A stretch of DNA of 63,717 nucleotides, counting the filler, from Globobulimina sp. (Eukaryota), in NCBI GenBank assembly GCA_003354225.1. It is 14 parts of 14 records of this genome, joined end to end, with 100 filler letters (N's around TTAATTAATTAA, not from the genome) between each part and the next. Parts side by side here need not be neighbours in the genome. Positions count along the whole stretch, not along the records: positions 54,714 to 59,165 come from PIVH01001229.1; positions 59,266 to 63,717 come from PIVH01001230.1; 12 more parts are not named here. One strand, written 5' to 3'. The position numbers were made by a program, and so were the translations under genes. Shown in pieces: positions 57,918 to 63,717 of this stretch (position 1 is its first letter; each line of letters opens with the position of its first letter). A model generated the notes under the pieces. That model saw only the letters and a list, made by a program, of their open reading frames with translations, was not told the origin of the DNA and did no database searches.

Positions 57918-59073
57918 TTGTATACAGAAAAAGTGATTCCCAAACTCAAAGCAATCGACTCTGAGTGTGCCGATTTACTCCAAGAATTAGTACAACTTTG
58001 GGAACATCCACCGATCATAAATCAACATTTTAATATCGATCTTTTCCGTGACTACTTAACCGATCACCCAAATGGTGAAATTGAAATTAAATTAATTGAG
58101 GATGGCTGTCCTCTATATTTACATAATAGAAATCCGTCGAAACTATGCAAACACGTTTCCAATATTGTCAGGGACAAAAGAGAACTACGTGCAATATTAA
58201 CAAGATTAGTGAAAGAAGCAAAAAATGCATATATTACTAAAACAGACAAACAATTACATTATAATTTGAATTTATTGTGTGTCCCGAAAAGAAATAATGA
58301 TACACAATTAATGACAGACATACGAGTGGCAAGACATGGTTCATTCGCCACCCGTAGGACTATAGCAATAAATGAGATGATAAATAAATCAAACTGTAAA
58401 ATGCCAACGCTTCCTAACATTCGCAAATATGTGACCTTATTGTTAAAATATGATTATGTTTCTCTGCGTGATTTGAAGATGCTTTTCGTCAATTAAATCT
58501 TGCTTCGATTGACTCAGAATATATTCAATACTGCCTTTTTGGTCTTTCTTTCAAAGATTTAAGACAAGCATACGGCATTGCTTCAGCCGCAGCAAATTGC
58601 CAACAGTTCGCACAGATTTTAATTTGGATTTTGCGTAATAAATATCTTCATAGCAACCAGATTGATAATATTTTAGTCCACATAGATGACTTTATATTGG
58701 CTGGTTCGAGCAAAGAAGAAGCATTAATGTTAGGCAATAAATTTGATATAATGTGTGAAGCTTTAAATGTCACTGTATCACACGCCAAGGATGAAAATGG
58801 CATAAATGAGGGCATTGTACATGGCATTGGATTCAATTTAAAAACAAAACATGTATATATCCCAAGAAAATAAATATAATGAATTAGTCTATGGATTAGA
58901 ATTAATGATAAAATATCGATATGCGACTGGACGAGCGCTGGAATCTATTTGTGGTAAAATTATGCATTGGTCACAATTGAGGAAACCAGCAAAAGTTTTA
59001 TGTTATCGTTTATTAAGGCTAATACACGAAAAAATCCGTGCAAGCCCTAAACTGAAAAACAAAATATTGTATA
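57918..59073 (+). pseudogene. DIRS-type reverse transcriptase with two single-base frameshifts
   Basis: VPK..R..., DL(K)DAFRQL (frameshift at about 58477), LRQAYGIASAAANCQ, LVHIDDFIL, K..., HGIGFN, IP(E)NK (frameshift at about 58864), LESICGKIMH. Confidence 0.8.
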
Positions 59074-59270
59074 CAGTAGTGTTCCCGATAAGAGGTACGC
59101 ATATTAGTACTAATATTATATATTATCTAATCATATATTTACGAAATGGTGGAGCTGTCAAGGGCNNNNNNNNNNNNNNNNNNNNNNNNNNNNNNNNNNN
59201 NNNNNNNNNTTAATTAATTAANNNNNNNNNNNNNNNNNNNNNNNNNNNNNNNNNNNNNNNNNNNNCTAAA

Positions 59271-59981
59271 CTCCTAGTAAAGCAACTACGTTACACTTCG
59301 TTTGCTTTTTTACCCAGGAGGATATATTATTACGGGGAATAATATATTATTTTGCCGGAACTTACACGAATGGGGGCGGCTTAGTCAAACGAACAAGACG
59401 AATCGTAATTAATTAAATAAACATTTTAAATATCATTTTAACTACATAACATCTTTGGATATCATTTTTAATATCATTGACTTTAGTTCTCCTATTTCAT
59501 CACTTTGGCTCTTTAATAATTCAGCTTGGTTCCTTAATACATCAGCATGGTTCTTTAATATATCAGCATGATTGTTTAATAATTCAGATCTCCAAAACAT
59601 CTTTAATTGCATGAAACTCGGAAAAAAAATAATTAACTAATTCATAATCATCTAAACCTCCAACTGGAATAAATGGCGTATACGTTTTGACGCGTGTTGT
59701 AATGGGAATGCGTAATTTTTTATTGAACCATTGCGCGGGAACTCTAAAAAGACCTTGTTTAATTATTTTGCTACCTGCGTTAGTCTTAACCGACAAAGGT
59801 TTACAAATGCCAATGATAAGTCTGCCATAATGATTTCAATCTCATCATCTATTATTTCACTGGCCCCTATGGACTGTAATATATTATAGCCCCCCTCAAT
59901 CTAGGCCCTATAGACTAATTCTAATATGAATTTACCCCCCTGTCGTAGTCCATGAATAATATATATTATTCGGACTACGAA
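59271..59981. mobile_element. Possible non-autonomous hairpin-bearing element with decayed coiled-coil ORF
   Basis: Branched hairpin at 59271-59320 with two GNA loops on the minus strand; related AATAATATA(TA)TTATT palindromes at about 59337 and 59954, the latter within a TCGTAGTCC/GGACTACGA stem; 21-bp repeats at 59521-59587. Confidence 0.35.
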
Positions 59982-60102
59982 AAGCTTCATTTTGACAAAT
60001 ATTAAAAACGGACAAATAAATATGTTACAAACACAAAAACTATTTAAAAGCGATATAAAATGAATGTCAATATTTAATTAAAATGTGTTACATCCATATG
60101 AT

Positions 60103-61776
60103 TTATAAAAAAACTTTGAATTCTTTGAATTGTTTATAACTGAGCGTATGTTTAAACCTATTAAAACTATCGATAATCAATGCAAACACTTGCAGGCAAC
60201 ATTCATCATACAAATCCAATAATTCTTTAAATTGAGCCGTCGCATTATGGTTATTTGCCAACCATCGGTTTAAAATCTGTTGATTACACATTACTTTGGT
60301 TAGTTGTTTCCGTCCATGATATGATATATTAATTTCCAATTCAGATTGTGGTTTAATATATTTATTAAATATTTTCACCGCTTTCATTTTAAGAGAATAC
60401 AGCAACACTTTCTCATCCTCGCCATGACCATATTGTGCATCATTTGCATACACAATTTCTGATCGTGGCACATCAGCGGGAAAACTTATTTTTTCATACA
60501 ATGAAGAGCCGGGAATATCGGCAATTAAATCATATTTACAATGCGATTTCACATAATTCTGATACTGTATGACTTCAATTAAAAATAATAAGGTTTCTAT
60601 ACTAAATTCTGAGGATAAATGCAACATAAAAGCGTGAAAACCATTTTGTTTGCTGAGAACTTTAAAAAACAATTCTTTATTCTGATTGTTTGTATATTGC
60701 GCAGAAATACTCGTCGATGATAAATTTGGATTATTATTGATTGAGCCGTTTTGTCCTCTGGTGATTTGCAAGAATTTCACAGAAGAGATGGACTCATCAA
60801 TGCCAAACGACAAACGTTTCCGAACAATTTGATATTGGTTATATTTCACAATAGTTTGCACTTTTTTATTTACCCAATATGTAGAAATTAAGCACGCAAC
60901 GAACTGGCACGTCCAACTGGAAACATATTCGGTGACTGGAAATATCATCTCTTCGAATATGTCACTTTGCCATAACACAGTGGAACAAGCAAATAATAAT
61001 AAATTGGCAGTATTCTCCACAGCCAAGGCAATGAAAATATATTTCAATTCTTGAACAATGAAAAATTGATCAGCAAACTTGCTCGCTTTGGATTTACAGA
61101 AAACAATGATTAGAATCAGAAATGGTATTATTTCAACGAAAGCTGCCCATAATTGCAGACACGCCCAATACGTCTTATTGTCTTCGAAATTAAACCATTG
61201 CAATAAACCGTTGCAATAAACTAAAACATTGGTAGTTATCAATAAACACGAAAGCATGATTGAGGGCAAAATAAAGCGTATAAATATCCAACGTGGAGAG
61301 CCGAATGTTTTTTTATTCATTAAATACCAGTTTTGCTGCGTAGATGACGCATTTAATAGGACTTTCCATTCATTATTTAATATATTTATGGTCCAATTAA
61401 TGTCATAAAATAAAATATAAAAACGCCAGAGTCGAATGTATAGCATTATTATTAAGAGGTAATCGTCAATGCATAAGAATATATTGAAGGTTAATGAGGT
61501 TGTGTCCCATAATAAATATGCATTATACATTATTGCGCCATAAAATAATTTAAATAGAAATATTGAGATTTCACAATGAGTGATACTGTTTCTTCGTTTT
61601 CGAAATACAATGTGATGTCTTTGTTGATAATATCGGGAGAAATGATAGGATAAAACGGGTGCATAAAATACAACAAACAATGCGGAAGATGCTAGGCAAC
61701 AGATCGTTGCTATGAATTTTATATTGTCATCTGTTTGTAAAGTCCAAATGGTTTGGAATTCGTGAAATTTACTCAT
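60103..61776 (-). CDS. 7TM-RGS protein
   Basis: Multiple N-terminal TM helices followed by RGS motifs FMLHLSSEFSIETLLFLIEV, IFNKYI..LEINIS, DSFNRF. Confidence 0.85.
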   Translation of the reverse strand: MSKFHEFQTIWTLQTDDNIKFIATICCLASSALFVVFYAPVLSYHFSRYYQQRHHIVFRKRRNSITHCEISIFLFKLFYGAIMYNAYLLWDTTSLTFNIFLCIDDYLLIIMLYIRLWRFYILFYDINWTINILNNEWKVLLNASSTQQNWYLMNKKTFGSPRWIFIRFILPSIMLSCLLITTNVLVYCNGLLQWFNFEDNKTYWACLQLWAAFVEIIPFLILIIVFCKSKASKFADQFFIVQELKYIFIALAVENTANLLLFACSTVLWQSDIFEEMIFPVTEYVSSWTCQFVACLISTYWVNKKVQTIVKYNQYQIVRKRLSFGIDESISSVKFLQITRGQNGSINNNPNLSSTSISAQYTNNQNKELFFKVLSKQNGFHAFMLHLSSEFSIETLLFLIEVIQYQNYVKSHCKYDLIADIPGSSLYEKISFPADVPRSEIVYANDAQYGHGEDEKVLLYSLKMKAVKIFNKYIKPQSELEINISYHGRKQLTKVMCNQQILNRWLANNHNATAQFKELLDLYDECCLQVFALIIDSFNRFKHTLSYKQFKEFKVFL

Positions 61777-62070
61777 TTTCAAAGACAGCATTGTCGACTT
61801 AAGTTTTTTTTTGACTTAAAAAGATTTTCCACACACAAAGTTTCAATTAAAACGATTTTTGACTTAAAAAGGTGGATATCAATTAAGCGTCATCATTATT
61901 GAAATCAGACGCATAAAATTCACAGCATCAATGATATTGACAATGTTGTGTTTGAGATTTAATTTGAATGCACGATAGAATTTTCTATAACTTTCATTAT
62001 TGTAATTGTCTTACATTCAATACACAACAATGGATATATTTACATTCTATACTTTGTATCATTGACTGAT

Positions 62071-62268
62071 TCATTGTATGATTGATGTTTTCTGTGAGTG
62101 TTTTATCCCAATGTCGTTTTTTGCAGTGCTCTGTTTTCCTTCTCCAAATCCTATTTTATAACCTTTGTCATATCCAAATTTATGAACTTGATAAAATAGT
62201 ATTGGCACAATTGTACAGTGAATAGATAGCCAACGCAACATTACCAGTTTCCTTGCACGAGCTGACAT
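62071..62268 (-). CDS. Small hypothetical protein with one hydrophobic segment
   Basis: 65-aa ATG-initiated ORF with GYDKGYKIGFGEG repeats. Confidence 0.3.
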   Translation of the reverse strand: MSARARKLVMLRWLSIHCTIVPILFYQVHKFGYDKGYKIGFGEGKQSTAKNDIGIKHSQKTSIIQ

Positions 62269-62404
62269 GGTTCAGTAGTTTGGGTGGAAGCGTTTTTAAT
62301 TATAATTGCAATACTCAAAACAAACAAAAGTAGTCACAGTCTGATGAGAAGGACAATTCATCGTAAAATTCCCAAATTACCAATGGGCTCTGAAATACAC
62401 ATTT

Positions 62405-63030
62405 TCAACATTCAAAACATAGCATTTTATCATGCCATTGCTTACTGCATAACAAACAAAATGAATAATTGCATTCCTCACAATTGACCTGTAACATTGT
62501 TCTGAAACATTCATAACAAATTCTATTCAAATCATCCTCATTCTGATTGTCCACCATATCATTTATTTCTATTTCTTTGCTTGTAAGCTTCGCTATTTCA
62601 TCCATTGATATTCTTAGTTGACTGCATAAATCGCAGAATACATCGCCACAGAATCTACCTAAATATTTAATATTATATTGTAGAAACAACAAAATATTCC
62701 AAATTCCAATATAGCTTTAAATGAATATACACAGATACAGTGGTGCTTTCGTGTAATCATTCCGAATATTTTTAAACAATCAACATCCTGACAATACTGT
62801 CGTCGATAATTTGGAACCCATTCTGTAGTTCTTGTGTCTTTACCAAGCTCCAAATATCGTTCAATATAATTTATTTTTATGTTACTGGAACAATTCCTAT
62901 TTTTGCATGCTATGCACTCAATATTTGGGTCATCTATGTCTGCTTTGATCTCATCTTTCGTATTACCGATAATTAGCGGTCCTGCGATTTCTTCCAAATG
63001 AGTCGCAGAAAATGTCAATAAACCACCCAT
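62405..63030 (-). CDS. FYVE zinc-finger protein with IBR-like C-terminus, 2 exons
   Basis: EWVP..C..C..F..TRKHHC|RFCGDVFCDLCS..RICYEC (intron joins HHC-RFC), then CEECNYSFCLLCSKQWH...C. Confidence 0.7.
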
Positions 63031-63097
63031 TATCAATTAAATGATCTAAGCTCTGATGAAAACCTTTCAAGAACGCTTTAGTAACAAAATCTATAGT

Positions 63098-63717
63098 CTA
63101 TAATCTATATTTATTTCCATCAATTCTCACGGACCAACTAGTATATGCCGCAGGGCATATTTGATTCACAAATGGCACATTCTTATCAGTTGGCGATAGC
63201 ATTATTAGCTTATTGTTTATACAAATTCTGCCACACCCTCCATTCCCACCATATGACGAGAATGATCCTTTCAATTTCATTCCACCGCCTCCTATGGCTT
63301 TAATCTTACCTAAAACACATTGTTTCTCACCAAGAACATCAATGAATATCGATCCTCCACATCCACCGCCACTGCCCGCTTCTGCAGCATTTCCACCACA
63401 ACACAAAATTTCACCATTATTGATCAAATTATTTGTGATCAAACAAAGAGCGCCACCGCCTCTGCCTCCACCACACCAAAAACTTGACCCACCACCACTT
63501 CCAAGGTACAGTTCACTGATTCTTCCATCACCATATACATTCCCTGCGTATCCTATATGTTTTTGTTCGTCATCAATTTTATTATTTCGTTTCCGTTTTC
63601 TTGCCAATACGCCATCACTGCCATTTGTACCGTATGATGCTCCTCCAGCTACCATCCCGCCTCCACCTGCGCCAGTATTTGATCTTACATTTTGAATAAT
63701 TGGTCCTTTCTTATCAT
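63098..63717 (-). CDS. Glycine-rich domain protein, 5' truncated
   Basis: GGGASYGT.G..YG..LYLGSGGG..GGRGGG..GSGGGCGGSI..GGNGGCGRI. Confidence 0.7.
   Translation of the reverse strand, partial: DKKGPIIQNVRSNTGAGGGGMVAGGASYGTNGSDGVLARKRKRNNKIDDEQKHIGYAGNVYGDGRISELYLGSGGGSSFWCGGGRGGGALCLITNNLINNGEILCCGGNAAEAGSGGGCGGSIFIDVLGEKQCVLGKIKAIGGGGMKLKGSFSSYGGNGGCGRICINNKLIMLSPTDKNVPFVNQICPAAYTSWSVRIDGNKYRL

Larger units (their letters stand above)
54714..59073 (+). mobile_element. DIRS/Ngaro-type (tyrosine-recombinase class) retrotransposon, partial
   Basis: ORF1, then a gag-like ORF ending in a Cys/His knuckle, then a DIRS-type RT; truncated before RNase H/YR. Confidence 0.75.

Noticed and set aside
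9130-59165. Treating the contig 3 recombinase as the YR of the contig 13 DIRS element
   Set aside because: They are on separate contigs joined artificially. The YR is Crypton-like with its own inverted repeats, and I saw no shared termini.
4466-59265. Regularly spaced TTAATTAATTAA repeats every ~4.56 kb
   Set aside because: Artificial linkers embedded in Ns; not a biological repeat or CRISPR array.
177-63655. Alternative genetic code or frameshifting to explain fragmented ORFs
   Set aside because: The breaks I traced in host genes are explained by short in-phase GT-AG introns, and all three stop codons end genes normally.
364-63695. Many short ORFs overlapping or antisense to real genes, and ORFs running into N-linkers
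   Set aside because: Shadow ORFs with no recognisable motifs, or artefacts of translating through Ns.

Overview
This window is not one continuous locus. It is 14 unrelated ~4.45-kb contigs sorted by decreasing length (4465 to 4452 bp) and joined by 100-bp N44-TTAATTAATTAA-N44 linkers, so adjacency across linkers means nothing. The DNA is AT-rich, gene-dense and eukaryotic, with short (~50-70 bp) GT-AG introns and the standard code. The gene families (kelch, SPRY-like, 7TM-RGS, a short N-terminal 'I..W/YxR...I..I..Y' helix) suggest a foraminiferan/Rhizarian protist (inference). Most contigs carry ordinary genes: MFS, AMT and SLC10A7 transporters, a mitochondrial carrier, an E2, a ureohydrolase, cfa, an ABHD4/5 hydrolase, a protease, EPC-like and MATH-BTB proteins. 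Three things stand out. (1) Contig 3 has a three-exon Crypton-like tyrosine-recombinase gene with an altered catalytic motif (YxxK for HxxR). It lies between perfect 76-bp inverted repeats and directly abuts a ~270-bp hairpin with a GTA triloop and repeated GA mismatches, next to a Penelope-like remnant. (2) Contig 13 has a DIRS-type retroelement whose gag-like and ATG-less RT ORFs both begin at acceptors in phase with one strong splice donor. (3) Contig 2 has a PUB-MJ1316(DUF504)-NMNAT-like-protein kinase fusion. Several MITE-like inverted-repeat elements are also present. No rRNA, tRNA or CRISPR array was recognised.
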